DNA of 64,000 bases, taken from positions 46,915 to 110,914 of the IMG/VR virus record IMGVR_UViG_3300029448_000003; one strand, written 5' to 3'. The stretch's first letter is position 1, and every line of letters begins with the position of its first letter. The position numbers and the translations under genes were made by a program. This DNA comes from a virus. The notes under the pieces are model-generated. The model saw only the letters and a program-made list of their open reading frames with translations, ran no database searches and was not told the origin of the DNA. This document shows positions 36,430 through 47,424 of this stretch, one piece after another.

Positions 36430-39400
36430 TGGCAGGTTTAGGTACATTTTTCTTTGGTGTTCCTCGTGTATACCCACATCAAATACAGCAATCTTTAAAA
36501 TTAGGAGGTGCAAACTTCTGGTATACTACCGAAATGTACAATAATAATGAAGATCATTTACTAGGTAGAAGACATTATTTAGCCAAAACATATGAATCTG
36601 CTAGTACGTCTACTGCGTGTACTATAGCAACGTGGTGGAAACCGTATCAAGATAACATAGCTTATTTAGGTGGTGGAACACATAATATATTTCAAGCATA
36701 CACAAGTGGAACATGGTCAGGTTCAGTAGAGGATACTACATTTGCATCTTTATATTTTACAGCAAGAGAAAACAGTAATCCAGTAATAGGTCAAAATCCA
36801 GCATTAGCAAGGCAATTTTTTATAACTGGTGGTAATGATACATATTCTACAGGGGGTGGTTCTCTTGAATTAATTGCTGTAACAAATGGTGATTGTGTAA
36901 TTAGAAGAACTGTTCAGGATTTTGTAATAGATACAAATTGGATGCATATAGTATGTCGTATGGACACTACTAACGGAACATTTAATATATATATAAACGG
37001 AGAAGATCAAGCTTTGAGAACAGATAATGGAGGTAGTAATTGGACTTCTCTTGTCGAGTGTCCTTCTGATAGTACTAGCCTTGCTTTTGGTCAAAATTGT
37101 ATTCATTATATAGGTGGTAATACTGCTAAAGCCAATGGTTCACCCCCTCGAAAATTTGCATGGCAAGATCAGAGTATAGGTCTTGCAGATTTTCATTTTA
37201 TAGATGGTCAAGCTTTAGAGCCAAAACATTTTGGAAGACGTAACGAATATGGTTTATGGGTCCCTAAAGACACTAGTAATATTAACTTTGGTGCAAATGG
37301 ATGTAGACTTGATTTTTCTGATAAAAATAATATAGGAAATGATATAAGTGGTAATGGCAATCATTATAATGCAGATTTAGCTATAGGTCAGGCTATAACT
37401 CCTACAACATTAGAAACTGGATATCCTGCAGGTGTACATAATTATTCAAAAGATTCTCCTACTAATACCTTTTGTGTTCTTGACAATCCGGGAGCTACTA
37501 ATAATTTTTCAGATTTTTACAACCACGCAGAAACAGGTTCAATATTAGGAACTTCTTTATGGTCAAGTGATAATGAAGATTTAAGAATATCTAGGTTTTC
37601 TAATTGGCTTTTAAGAAGTGGTAAGTGGTATGTAGAATTTCATTCACCTTCATGGGTTGAACATGCTGTAATAGGAATACAACGAGCCACCAATTATATT
37701 TTCGGACAGTCCATAAATTCTAACGTTACTGGTTTTGGCAGAGGTACATTAGCATTTTATAATGGTAGTGGTGGTTCTGGAGCAAATAATGGGCAATATA
37801 TTGAAAGTGTAGATACTTCTATAGCAACTGCGTTAGCAGGTTCAGGAATATCTAATTTTAGTGATGTAGTTGCTTTAAAAATAGATTTAGAAAGCAACAC
37901 AAAGTCTGTAGAATTAGTAAAATGTAATGCTGATAATACTTTTACAAGTATTCAATCCCTTAATATTAGTAACGATTTACTTAACTATGATTTTAATGAA
38001 GGAGTTCCCTTTCGTATATTTATAACTGGTAAATTTATATATGAAGATGTTGGTAATTCTTGGGATAATACAGCACATGCAAATTTTGGACAAGATAGCA
38101 CTTTTAATGGTTTTAAACCTTCAGGATCACATAATGCTACAGATGAAAATGGGCATGGAAATTTTCATAACACTCCACCATCAGGGTTTTTAGCTATGTG
38201 TTCTTCTAATGCTCCTAATCCTTCTATAGCTGTTGATGACGGAAGGATTAATTCTTTTAAATCACATTTTGACGTAATTAGATATTCAGTTCCTGCACAG
38301 GCAACGCTAGGAAACGGAGAAACATTAAATATTACAAAACAATCTAAAATAAAACCTGATTTTGTAATGTTAAAAGACTTATCTTCTTCTGGGGGTATTA
38401 AATTTTGGGATTCTAGTAGAGGTGCTAATAAAATGTTAAGTACGGATGAAGATGCTGTAGAATCTACTAACGATGCTGATGGCTATATTAGTTCTTTTAA
38501 TGGTGGTGGTTTTACATTAACAGGTGGTTCAAATAGTGCTGACAATGTTTATAATAGCCATAATAGTAATATAAACAATTATGTTGCTATGTGTTGGAAA
38601 GCAAACGGTGGTGTAACAACAACAAATGATGCAAGTGAAACAGGAATAGGAACACTAGACAGTACCTATCAAGCAAACACAGATGCAGGTTTTAGTATTG
38701 TTACTTTTAATCGTAATGGTGGTGGTTTAGTAGCTCATGGGTTAGGTAAAAAACCTGCTTTTATACTTATGAAATCTCTTACTGCTGATAGTAGTACTGC
38801 TTGGGGAAGTGACCAACCTGTAACTGTTTTTCATAAATACTCAGCTTTTGATTGGGATGCATACAATAGTGGAACAGATACTACTACATTTAATTATAAT
38901 GGTAATTGGAAACATGATTCAATAGGACCAGAAGAAGTTATTATGAGTTTTTCATCTGATGCTACAGGAGCAGAATTGGATAGAAAAACAATCTCTAATA
39001 CGGACATACGTTTAGGAGCATGGAAAGATAGTGATGGAGGAACAGATGACCCAACATCAACTACGTTTTCTGTTACAGACAAACAAGGAACAATATCTTC
39101 AAACGTAAACGCTGTTGCATATTGTTGGGCAGAGATACCGGGTTATTCAGCTTTTACTGGTTTATATGCACCCAATTTTGCTAATATTGGAAATTATCTT
39201 TTTGTTCCTTTGGGATTTAGACCTAAATTTGTTATAATGAAACCTATGTTTGGTCAAGAAGAATGGTCTATGTTTACAGATGAAATATCTGAAAGTACAA
39301 ATAATTTTTCTACTAAGTTTCATCATTATATAAGTACACCATTTAATCAAAGCACAGATAACGTAGGTACAACGACTACTACAGGGCATCAACTTTGGAG

Positions 39401-39554
39401 TGGAACGTCTACTTTTCCAACAACAGTACAGTTTAAACACGATGGAATTTATATGCACGGTGCACCTGATCCATCGCCTTCAAATGGAACAACAGGATAT
39501 TATATAGTCTGTGCATGGGCAGACATACCGTTTAAATATGCGAGTGGATTTTAA
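36429..39554 (+). CDS. LamG/SPRY-like multidomain receptor-binding protein
   Basis: WMHIV, DFHFIDGQAL, DSPTNTF, SGKWYVEF, NFGQD, AGFSIV, AHGLG..P, GFRPKFV. Confidence 0.7.
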   Translation: MAGLGTFFFGVPRVYPHQIQQSLKLGGANFWYTTEMYNNNEDHLLGRRHYLAKTYESASTSTACTIATWWKPYQDNIAYLGGGTHNIFQAYTSGTWSGSVEDTTFASLYFTARENSNPVIGQNPALARQFFITGGNDTYSTGGGSLELIAVTNGDCVIRRTVQDFVIDTNWMHIVCRMDTTNGTFNIYINGEDQALRTDNGGSNWTSLVECPSDSTSLAFGQNCIHYIGGNTAKANGSPPRKFAWQDQSIGLADFHFIDGQALEPKHFGRRNEYGLWVPKDTSNINFGANGCRLDFSDKNNIGNDISGNGNHYNADLAIGQAITPTTLETGYPAGVHNYSKDSPTNTFCVLDNPGATNNFSDFYNHAETGSILGTSLWSSDNEDLRISRFSNWLLRSGKWYVEFHSPSWVEHAVIGIQRATNYIFGQSINSNVTGFGRGTLAFYNGSGGSGANNGQYIESVDTSIATALAGSGISNFSDVVALKIDLESNTKSVELVKCNADNTFTSIQSLNISNDLLNYDFNEGVPFRIFITGKFIYEDVGNSWDNTAHANFGQDSTFNGFKPSGSHNATDENGHGNFHNTPPSGFLAMCSSNAPNPSIAVDDGRINSFKSHFDVIRYSVPAQATLGNGETLNITKQSKIKPDFVMLKDLSSSGGIKFWDSSRGANKMLSTDEDAVESTNDADGYISSFNGGGFTLTGGSNSADNVYNSHNSNINNYVAMCWKANGGVTTTNDASETGIGTLDSTYQANTDAGFSIVTFNRNGGGLVAHGLGKKPAFILMKSLTADSSTAWGSDQPVTVFHKYSAFDWDAYNSGTDTTTFNYNGNWKHDSIGPEEVIMSFSSDATGAELDRKTISNTDIRLGAWKDSDGGTDDPTSTTFSVTDKQGTISSNVNAVAYCWAEIPGYSAFTGLYAPNFANIGNYLFVPLGFRPKFVIMKPMFGQEEWSMFTDEISESTNNFSTKFHHYISTPFNQSTDNVGTTTTTGHQLWSGTSTFPTTVQFKHDGIYMHGAPDPSPSNGTTGYYIVCAWADIPFKYASGF

Positions 39555-39555
39555 T

Positions 39556-39789
39556 ATGGAAATAAATCCTATACTATTTTGGAATGGAATACTTACAGTT
39601 GTAATAGCACCTGCTATATGGGTTTTTCGTGGTATGTTTGTAGAAATAAAAAGACTTGACATACTATTAAATAAAACAAGAGAAGAATATGCAAAACGTG
39701 ATGACGTTAAAGAAGATATGCATACTGTAATGGATGCTCTTCAAAGATTAGAAGATAAATTAGATAAAATATTAATAGGAAATAAATAA
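39556..39789 (+). CDS. small TM plus coiled-coil protein
   Basis: FWNGILT...ILLNKTREE...RLEDKLD. Confidence 0.7.
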   Translation: MEINPILFWNGILTVVIAPAIWVFRGMFVEIKRLDILLNKTREEYAKRDDVKEDMHTVMDALQRLEDKLDKILIGNK

Positions 39790-39800
39790 AGGGGAATATT

Positions 39801-41321
39801 GTGGCAGAACAAGTAGTCGATAACAATTTATTAAGTGGTTTAACAGAAGGTGTAGCAGAAACGGTAGTATCGGATAAAAGCACAACAAACCTAACAGAAG
39901 GTACTGAAGGAGATGATGCAGGAACAAGTGTAGCCGAAGGAACGACAGCTTTAGGTGAAAAAATAGCAGATCGTGCACAAGACCCTTCTTTCGATGAAAA
40001 TGACGGCAGAAAATTTGAAACGGTAGATTTCTCAGAAAAAGATAAATCCGATGGTAAAATTTCTGATAGCACATATGTTGGTGCAGACGGTCAAACCTAT
40101 AGTAAAAAAACTGGACAAGTTGTTGGAGTAATTGATACGACAACAACAACAGTAGATGGTGCTCAACAAGCAAATGTTCCAACAGATGACTATGATATAG
40201 AATCGGAAGACGAAGAATTAGATGATCTTGCTAAAATAGAAGCTGCTCAAGCTACAATGACAGCAGATGAAAAACAAGCTTATGCTGATGCTTTAGCGGC
40301 AGGTCAAGCTACACCTGATGAACTTGCTACAATTCAAGGGCAACTTAAAGGTTTAAACGCAGACATACAGGATGGTACAGTTCCTTTGTACTCAAAGGGT
40401 GCATACAGAAGTGCAATGAAAACAATGGCTCAAATGGGTCTAGGTGGTTCTATGATGGCAAGTGATTATGTCTATGGTGCTGTTATGGAATCTCAAATGC
40501 GTATTGCAGAAAAAGATGCAAATGTATTTGCTGAATATGGTTTAAAGAACGCATCTAATGCACAGATGGCACATTTAGCAAAAGCGGCAGCTCTGTCTTC
40601 TATTAACATGGCAAACTTAAATGCTAGACAGCAAGCTAATGTAGAAAATGCAAAAAATTTTTTAAAAGTACAATTAACTAATATGGACAATGAGCAACAA
40701 TCAAAAATATTTAATGCTCAAATGCAACAAACTTTTATGCTCTCCGATCAAGCGGCAGAAAACGCGGCAAAAAACTTTAATGCTTCATCTGAAAATCAAG
40801 TAAAAATGTTCTACGATAATTTAACGTCAACGGTTGAACAGTATAATGCAGGACAAGTAAATGCTACTAATCAATTTAATGCTGGACAAACAAATTCAAT
40901 GGAACAGTTTACTACTAAAATGAATGATTTACGTGAGCAATTTAATGCCGCAAATCAATTGGTTGTTGAACAGTTTAATGCACAATGGAAACAAAATATT
41001 GCTACTACAGAAAACGCTCAAGACAATGCTGCGAATGAAACAAATGCTAAAGCTTTACTTGACATTTCTAATACATCCTATGCTAATCTATGGAATCAAA
41101 TGAGTGATTTAATGGAGTGGGCATGGACAAGTGGAGAAAATGCATCAGATAGAATACACGAAATGTCTATGGCTGAACTAGATGCTAAAATGAAACAGTA
41201 TATGTCTGATATGGATTATAGTGTAGCAGAACGAGAATCTCTTGGTGGTATGTTTTCAGATATATTAACAAACCCTGTTGCAGGATCAATACTTACTAAA
41301 TTTATAGGATGGATTTCATAG
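39801..41321 (+). CDS. internal virion (ejection) protein, Gln/Asn/Ala-rich
   Basis: QFNA repeats; position after tail genes. Confidence 0.65.
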   Translation: MAEQVVDNNLLSGLTEGVAETVVSDKSTTNLTEGTEGDDAGTSVAEGTTALGEKIADRAQDPSFDENDGRKFETVDFSEKDKSDGKISDSTYVGADGQTYSKKTGQVVGVIDTTTTTVDGAQQANVPTDDYDIESEDEELDDLAKIEAAQATMTADEKQAYADALAAGQATPDELATIQGQLKGLNADIQDGTVPLYSKGAYRSAMKTMAQMGLGGSMMASDYVYGAVMESQMRIAEKDANVFAEYGLKNASNAQMAHLAKAAALSSINMANLNARQQANVENAKNFLKVQLTNMDNEQQSKIFNAQMQQTFMLSDQAAENAAKNFNASSENQVKMFYDNLTSTVEQYNAGQVNATNQFNAGQTNSMEQFTTKMNDLREQFNAANQLVVEQFNAQWKQNIATTENAQDNAANETNAKALLDISNTSYANLWNQMSDLMEWAWTSGENASDRIHEMSMAELDAKMKQYMSDMDYSVAERESLGGMFSDILTNPVAGSILTKFIGWIS

Positions 41322-41332
41322 GAGAATAAAAA

Positions 41333-41569
41333 ATGATGAACAATTCAGGTAGAATATTATATGCTAGGCTTAGTCCTTTTGTGGACAAAGAAGCTGTAGA
41401 CGATAAACCCAAAGAAACAAAAGGGTTAATGACTAAAAAATATGCACAAGGGGGTTTGGCTACAACACAAGAAGAAAAACCTGTTGCAATAAAAGTTATA
41501 GATTATATGCGTTCAGTTAGAAATAGCATGAAGGTACAAAAAGAGGAGAATACAGATGGGATTCAGTAG
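41333..41569 (+). CDS. small virion-associated protein
   Basis: KGLM and YAQGGLA motifs; AGGAG SD. Confidence 0.6.
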   Translation: MMNNSGRILYARLSPFVDKEAVDDKPKETKGLMTKKYAQGGLATTQEEKPVAIKVIDYMRSVRNSMKVQKEENTDGIQ

Positions 41570-42068
41570 TTCAGTTAAAGCTTTTTCAGCACCAATTCCC
41601 GGTCAAGGAATGACAGCAGAACCTAAGAGCAGACCTTGGAATAATCCTGCACAGTTTAAAAATGTTGAAGAAGCATTAGAGTTTTACATTCCTCGTATTG
41701 CAGAAAAAAGTGCAATGGCTAGACTAGTAGACGCTATGGAAAAGGGTATACCTATAACTGTTTTAGCTGAAACATTAACAACAGGTGGTGTTATGCAAGG
41801 ATTGCATACTATAGATGTAGCAATACTGTTAAACCCTATTATAATAGAATTTTTAAAAGGTATAGCAGAAAATGCTGGAGTTAAATATACGTTAGGTGAT
41901 AAAACATTAGAAGATGAAAAAGCTGATCCGTCTATATTAAAAGAAGCTATGCAAAAATTTAGAGAACAAAAAGGAAATCAGAGTATGGCACAAGAAATGC
42001 CTATGCAAGAAGAAATGCCACAAGAAGAAACAGAAGGTTTGATGTCTAGGAGAGGAGCAACAGAATAA
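41556..42068 (+). CDS. internal virion protein
   Basis: APIPGQGMT.EP..RPW..P; C-terminal GLMSRR. Confidence 0.65.
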   Translation: MGFSSSVKAFSAPIPGQGMTAEPKSRPWNNPAQFKNVEEALEFYIPRIAEKSAMARLVDAMEKGIPITVLAETLTTGGVMQGLHTIDVAILLNPIIIEFLKGIAENAGVKYTLGDKTLEDEKADPSILKEAMQKFREQKGNQSMAQEMPMQEEMPQEETEGLMSRRGATE

Positions 42069-43987
42069 TGGTAGGATTTTTAACAGGATTTGCAAGAAGA
42101 ACAAGTGAAAATTTAAGGACATTACAGAATAAAGCTGATGATACTATTAAGTCTTATGCACTACAGGCAGCACAAGATGCAAAAGAAGTTCGTAAACAGA
42201 GAGTAAAATCTCAACTAGACTACAGTAATATGGCAAAAGCATTAAGTTCTAGTTATGGTTTAAATGATGGTCAAGTTCAAGCTCTTTTAAGAGGTGGGTT
42301 GCAAGCTGGTCAACGTTACATAGACGGTTTTGATGTAGCAAAATCAAATGACGATAAAGTAACAGCAGCGTCTTACAGAGATGCAATACTAAGACAAATA
42401 GATGGTGTTGATTCAAAACAGCAAGTTAGAAATATTGCAGATCAAGCACGTTACTTTGCTCAAATGCAAAACCCAAATGCAGGTGAAGATATAGAAACTT
42501 TTGCTTCTAACATTGCAGATTCAACGCAAACTTTAATTGGTGGTGTTCCAATGTCATACATTAAATCTGGTATTGAATCTCAAATGAGGGCACAAATGGG
42601 TGGAAGAGTATTGCAAGACAAAAAATACGATGAGCAACTTCCTCAATACACAATTGAAAGTTTATCACCGACTTTAGAAAAACTATCATTAATGGCAGAT
42701 GTAAAAAAGGTACAAACAGAAACAGAAAGTATTTCAATGAGTACTTTATTAACAAAAGAAAACATAAACGTCAGTAAAGCACAGGTTAAACAAATAGATG
42801 CAAGAATAAAAAATTTAGATGCGGACACAAAATTAACAATATCTAAAAAAATAACAGAAGGTTTTACAAGACGAAACATGAATTGGCAAAGGAACTTTAA
42901 AGCAGAAGAATTAGACTTTAAGAAAGAGCAAGCTGCAGCAGATCAAAAAAGATTTGAGGATAATTTAAAATTAGATAAAGAAAAATTTAAAGAACTAAAA
43001 AAACAACATCTAGACGATTTTGGTATTAAAAGTCAGCAAGTTGTTTCTGAAATAGCATATAGAAAACATCTAATAGAACAATCAATGTATCAAAATCCAG
43101 AACAGGTATTTGGTGCTCTATTAGTGCAAGAGAATACAATTAAACAGGAAATAGAAACCCTTACTGGAAAAGTTGGAGCTGAAGAAAAAATAAATGAGCT
43201 AGAAGGTGAACTTAAAATGGTTCAAGGGCAACAGACAAGATCACTTGTAATGATTGAACAATATAATACAGCAAAAGACACAACTACTGGTAGAGATTTT
43301 AGTTACTTTAATACTTTTGTATCTCTTAGAGAAAGTAGTAGACAAGAATATGGTCGTAACAATGGTGGTAATTACAATGCAAGAGGAGAATTAATGTCTG
43401 TAATGACTAAAAACAATGGCATAATGGCAAAAGACGATTTTCTAAAAACAGATGAAGGAAAACAATGGGTAAAAAATAGAGATGCCTATGTAGAAAAAGA
43501 AGGAAGACAAGCATTTTCTGGCAATACCGAAGGTGGTTGGCTAAATGATGCAGCAAAATATGTATTTGAGGATAACTTAGACATAGAACCGGGTGCGGCA
43601 GATGACCCTGCACAGGTTACAGAAAAACTATCAACTATGTCATTAGAGCAAATAATTAACGATACTGTACATAGTGAGGGTACATTTTTTAAAAGAAATA
43701 AAGATAGCACCATAAATTTAATTAAACTAATAAGACAATATGCAAATCCTAAAGAACTTGAAGGTGTTAGCAATCAAGATATTGTAGACAAGATAGCAGA
43801 AATTATAAAAAATCCGTCAATTGGAGCATCTTCAGAAGAAAAAGAAGAAGATAACTTTGAAGATTTAGATTATCAGAATATAATGGATTTTAGTAATCAA
43901 AAACTTAGTAAAGAAAATTTATCTGAAGAAATAAAAAACCAGATAAAGTTTGACACGAAATCATTATCAACTAGTATTAAAGGATAA
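42068..43987 (+). CDS. internal virion protein (helical)
   Basis: GFLTGFA start, coiled coil; position. Confidence 0.65.
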   Translation: MVGFLTGFARRTSENLRTLQNKADDTIKSYALQAAQDAKEVRKQRVKSQLDYSNMAKALSSSYGLNDGQVQALLRGGLQAGQRYIDGFDVAKSNDDKVTAASYRDAILRQIDGVDSKQQVRNIADQARYFAQMQNPNAGEDIETFASNIADSTQTLIGGVPMSYIKSGIESQMRAQMGGRVLQDKKYDEQLPQYTIESLSPTLEKLSLMADVKKVQTETESISMSTLLTKENINVSKAQVKQIDARIKNLDADTKLTISKKITEGFTRRNMNWQRNFKAEELDFKKEQAAADQKRFEDNLKLDKEKFKELKKQHLDDFGIKSQQVVSEIAYRKHLIEQSMYQNPEQVFGALLVQENTIKQEIETLTGKVGAEEKINELEGELKMVQGQQTRSLVMIEQYNTAKDTTTGRDFSYFNTFVSLRESSRQEYGRNNGGNYNARGELMSVMTKNNGIMAKDDFLKTDEGKQWVKNRDAYVEKEGRQAFSGNTEGGWLNDAAKYVFEDNLDIEPGAADDPAQVTEKLSTMSLEQIINDTVHSEGTFFKRNKDSTINLIKLIRQYANPKELEGVSNQDIVDKIAEIIKNPSIGASSEEKEEDNFEDLDYQNIMDFSNQKLSKENLSEEIKNQIKFDTKSLSTSIKG

Positions 43988-43989
43988 AT

Positions 43990-46900
43990 ATGGGAAAAGC
44001 ATCCGATTTATTTAACCAAATGTATTCTTCTGATGAAACGGAAGAAATACAAACAGAAGAAGAAAATATAATACAAGCAGACCCTGCTACAGAAGATGCT
44101 GATGCTATTGAATCGTGGGCACAGGATCAAGAAAGAATGAAAAGTCTAAACACCTACATGGAACAAAGGTATGGAGAAGAAGGGTATAAACAACCTGACG
44201 AATCAAACACGGATTACGTAAAACGTTTTTTAACGCATGCTCGTGGTATTGAAAATAACAGTATGCGTTTAATGCAACAAATAGATTATTTACGAGAAGC
44301 CAATGATGAGCAAAGAATAGCTTTTGGAACTGTGTATGATGAGTATAATAAACTACCTATGTTTGCAGACGGTACAGCAAGAGCAGTTAAAGACACAGTA
44401 ACACAGTTACTTTTTGATCCTATCAATTTATTTAGTTTAGGTGTGGGTAGAATTGCCGCTTCAACTGTTGGTAAAGTAGCTGTAAAAGAAGGATTAAGAA
44501 GATTTATACCTAAAAGTGCTATAGCTAGAGGAGCGTTAGCAGCAGGAGCGTCATCAGGAGTTCAAACTGTAGGGTTTGATGCAGGTTTACAAGAGGTTGA
44601 AAGAAAAGGATATGTAGGTGACGCAAGACCAGATGATAAAGTTGATTTAACAAGATTAGCTATAGCAGGTGGAGTTGGAACAGTATTTGGAGCAGGATTA
44701 GGTGCTGTTGGTTCTATTGGTGCAAGAAAATCGGCACGGCAGGCTGCTATTGAAGGTGCAAAAAGGTCTAAATCTTTAACTGCTACAGCAGACGCTACAG
44801 CAAGTAAAAATGCTAAAGAAGGTTCATTTGATCCTCTTATTGGCAATATAAAATTTGACGAAGGTGTAGATAAAGCTTTAAGAGATTTAAAAGCAAAAGA
44901 AGTTAAAGAAAGAATGGCAAAAGATGTAGACTTTTCTGATGAAGCTATATATAAAGACAAACCTTTTTTACAACCTGAAGTTCTTACATCTTTAAGTGTT
45001 AAAATGACAAAGGTTGTAGAAAACCTTGCTAAAGAAACTAAAGGAACAGATATGGATATACTTAAAAAACATCCTGCTGTTTTTAATGCAAAGGGTCAGC
45101 AAGTTGAGGGTAAAAAAGTTTTTGAGGTAGTAGAAGATGTTATAGCAGAAATTATAACAAAAGATGAAGGTATAGACATAGATGCTTTAGAGCGAGCAAT
45201 AGTTAAAACAGGTATGAAAAAAGAAGAGTTTATAGACTTTTTAGAAGTAGCTAGAGAACAGGGCTATGATATTGGATCATTAATTCGTGTAGGAGCATCT
45301 GAAAGTGCTACTAAACTAGGAGCAGGTGGCGAGCTAGGAAAAATGAGAAAAGTAATGAATGAGCTTGCACCAGAACATAAAGAAAGACTAAATAAACTTT
45401 ATGGAAAACCAGAAGATACATCTAATATTTACTCTAAAACATATGGGTTTATAAGAAAAGCAGACAGAGAACGTAGAGCATTAATGGTAACACAAATAGC
45501 CACAACAGCAAGAAACGTAGCAACAGGAATATCCGTTGTAGGTTTTGAAACGGCTGCTAGTTTAATGGAAGCAAGCATTTATCATTTTGGTAAAAGTTTA
45601 AGAAAAAAACAAACAGATGCTAATTGGTGGAGCAAAAATATTAACCCTGTTAAAGATTATAGGTCTTCCGTATCCGATATAATGAAAGATTCGTTTGGTC
45701 TATTAGGATCAATAGTCAATCAACAAAATAGTGATGAGCTTTCAAGGTTTGTGTTACGGCACAACCCAAAGTTACAAAAAACTCTATTAAGAACTGTACA
45801 AGAAGCAGGTTCAGAAGCAGACTTATCTAGATTTTCAATGTTTTTTAATAGGATAAATCTTGCACAGGATGCTTTTTTTAGAAGAGCTTTTTTTTCTAAC
45901 TCTATAGATAAAAAATTAAGAAGAGCAGGAACAGGAGATTTAGCTAAAAATATTTACACAGCAGATGAATTAAGGATTCTTGATTTAAAAGAAGATGATT
46001 TTGTATCTGGTCTTCAGTATATATTAAAAACAGGAAAAGATGTACCTCTTGATATGCTTAAAAGTAGTGTAGATGACGCTCTTGGCAATACTTTTGCTCT
46101 AATGCCTAAAACAGGACCTGTTCGTAATATTATTAGAGCTATTGAAGGTTTACCGGGTGTACCTGTATTTGGAACAGGAGAGTTTCCGTTTGCTAGATTT
46201 ATGGCTAATGCTCTTGCTTTTCAATTTAGGTTTAGCCCTCTTAACGGTGCTGTTGCATTAACTAATGGTGCAGGATATTTGCTAAGAAAATCACGAGGTA
46301 AAGTAAGAGATGTGGAAGAAGGACAAAGAGCATTAGAAGATTTTGCTAAACGTTTTTCTGAAAGTGTAGTTGGTGGAGCTGCTTTAGCTACAGCAATGTA
46401 CTATAGATCACAAAATCAAGATATACGATGGTATGAAGGTCGTTCTAAAGATGGTAAAACCATAGACCTAAGACCATTTTTTCCTTTAGCTCCTTATTTA
46501 ATTGTTGGTGATTGGGCTGTAAAATGGTCAAAAGGAGAAACAGATAAACTTACAATGATGGGTGATATAACTCAAGGTCTTACAGGTTCTCAGTTTAGAG
46601 CAGGTGCTGCTTCTTATACTTTAAGTAAGTTTTATGAATTGTTTGGTAATCCAGATAGTATTGGATCACAAGAACAAATAGGCGAAATGTTTGGGCAGTA
46701 TATGGGAGAACTTATGGGTGGATACATAACACCAGCAAGAGTTTTAAAAGATGTTGTTGCTACGTTTGATGAAGAATCAGCTATTGTTCGTGATACTAGA
46801 CAAATTGAAGGAGAGGGATTTGAAAGAGGGTTTGACGCATTTTTAAAAACAACTTTCCATAAAAACTTACCTTTCTTAGAAAAAACTTTACCTGAATTAC

Positions 46901-47424
46901 AGTTACCTACTAGAGAAGGTCCTGTGTATAGACAATCGCCTTTCTATGGACAAGCTCTAGGTTTAAGATTTATACAAAAAAGAACACCTGAAGAAAGAGA
47001 ATTAGTACGTTTAGGATTTGAAAACTACGAAATAATGAGAACGACAGGCGATAAAAAAGCTGATGCTATGGTAAAAAAACAACTAGCATCTTTAATATCT
47101 ACAAGAATTAAACCTATTATAGATAGTACAACATACAAAAAATTTAACGAAAATCAAAAACAAATATACATGAATAATGTTTTAATTCAATTTAGATCGG
47201 AAGCAAAAGACTTTGCAAAAACTGTTGCTGATGCTGAAAGAGGAATAGATGAAACATACACACCTTTTGATAGAGTAGAATATTTAAAACTAAAAAAATC
47301 TACAAAGAAATTAGTAGAAGATTATTTTGAAAAGAACTTTGAAGGAAAATCTGTAGCAGAAACAGGACAATACAAATTAGCAAAAAAAGTAGGGTTAATG
47401 CTACAGAAAGTATATAAACCTTAA
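43990..47424 (+). CDS. large internal virion protein
   Basis: 1144 aa, last late gene; FPFARFM.N motif, Gly/Ala-rich membrane-like segments. Confidence 0.7.
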   Translation: MGKASDLFNQMYSSDETEEIQTEEENIIQADPATEDADAIESWAQDQERMKSLNTYMEQRYGEEGYKQPDESNTDYVKRFLTHARGIENNSMRLMQQIDYLREANDEQRIAFGTVYDEYNKLPMFADGTARAVKDTVTQLLFDPINLFSLGVGRIAASTVGKVAVKEGLRRFIPKSAIARGALAAGASSGVQTVGFDAGLQEVERKGYVGDARPDDKVDLTRLAIAGGVGTVFGAGLGAVGSIGARKSARQAAIEGAKRSKSLTATADATASKNAKEGSFDPLIGNIKFDEGVDKALRDLKAKEVKERMAKDVDFSDEAIYKDKPFLQPEVLTSLSVKMTKVVENLAKETKGTDMDILKKHPAVFNAKGQQVEGKKVFEVVEDVIAEIITKDEGIDIDALERAIVKTGMKKEEFIDFLEVAREQGYDIGSLIRVGASESATKLGAGGELGKMRKVMNELAPEHKERLNKLYGKPEDTSNIYSKTYGFIRKADRERRALMVTQIATTARNVATGISVVGFETAASLMEASIYHFGKSLRKKQTDANWWSKNINPVKDYRSSVSDIMKDSFGLLGSIVNQQNSDELSRFVLRHNPKLQKTLLRTVQEAGSEADLSRFSMFFNRINLAQDAFFRRAFFSNSIDKKLRRAGTGDLAKNIYTADELRILDLKEDDFVSGLQYILKTGKDVPLDMLKSSVDDALGNTFALMPKTGPVRNIIRAIEGLPGVPVFGTGEFPFARFMANALAFQFRFSPLNGAVALTNGAGYLLRKSRGKVRDVEEGQRALEDFAKRFSESVVGGAALATAMYYRSQNQDIRWYEGRSKDGKTIDLRPFFPLAPYLIVGDWAVKWSKGETDKLTMMGDITQGLTGSQFRAGAASYTLSKFYELFGNPDSIGSQEQIGEMFGQYMGELMGGYITPARVLKDVVATFDEESAIVRDTRQIEGEGFERGFDAFLKTTFHKNLPFLEKTLPELQLPTREGPVYRQSPFYGQALGLRFIQKRTPEERELVRLGFENYEIMRTTGDKKADAMVKKQLASLISTRIKPIIDSTTYKKFNENQKQIYMNNVLIQFRSEAKDFAKTVADAERGIDETYTPFDRVEYLKLKKSTKKLVEDYFEKNFEGKSVAETGQYKLAKKVGLMLQKVYKP

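Noticed and set aside
25349-39554. Diversity-generating retroelement or invertible tail-fiber switch
   Set aside because: No reverse transcriptase, no TR/VR pair and no inverted cassettes seen
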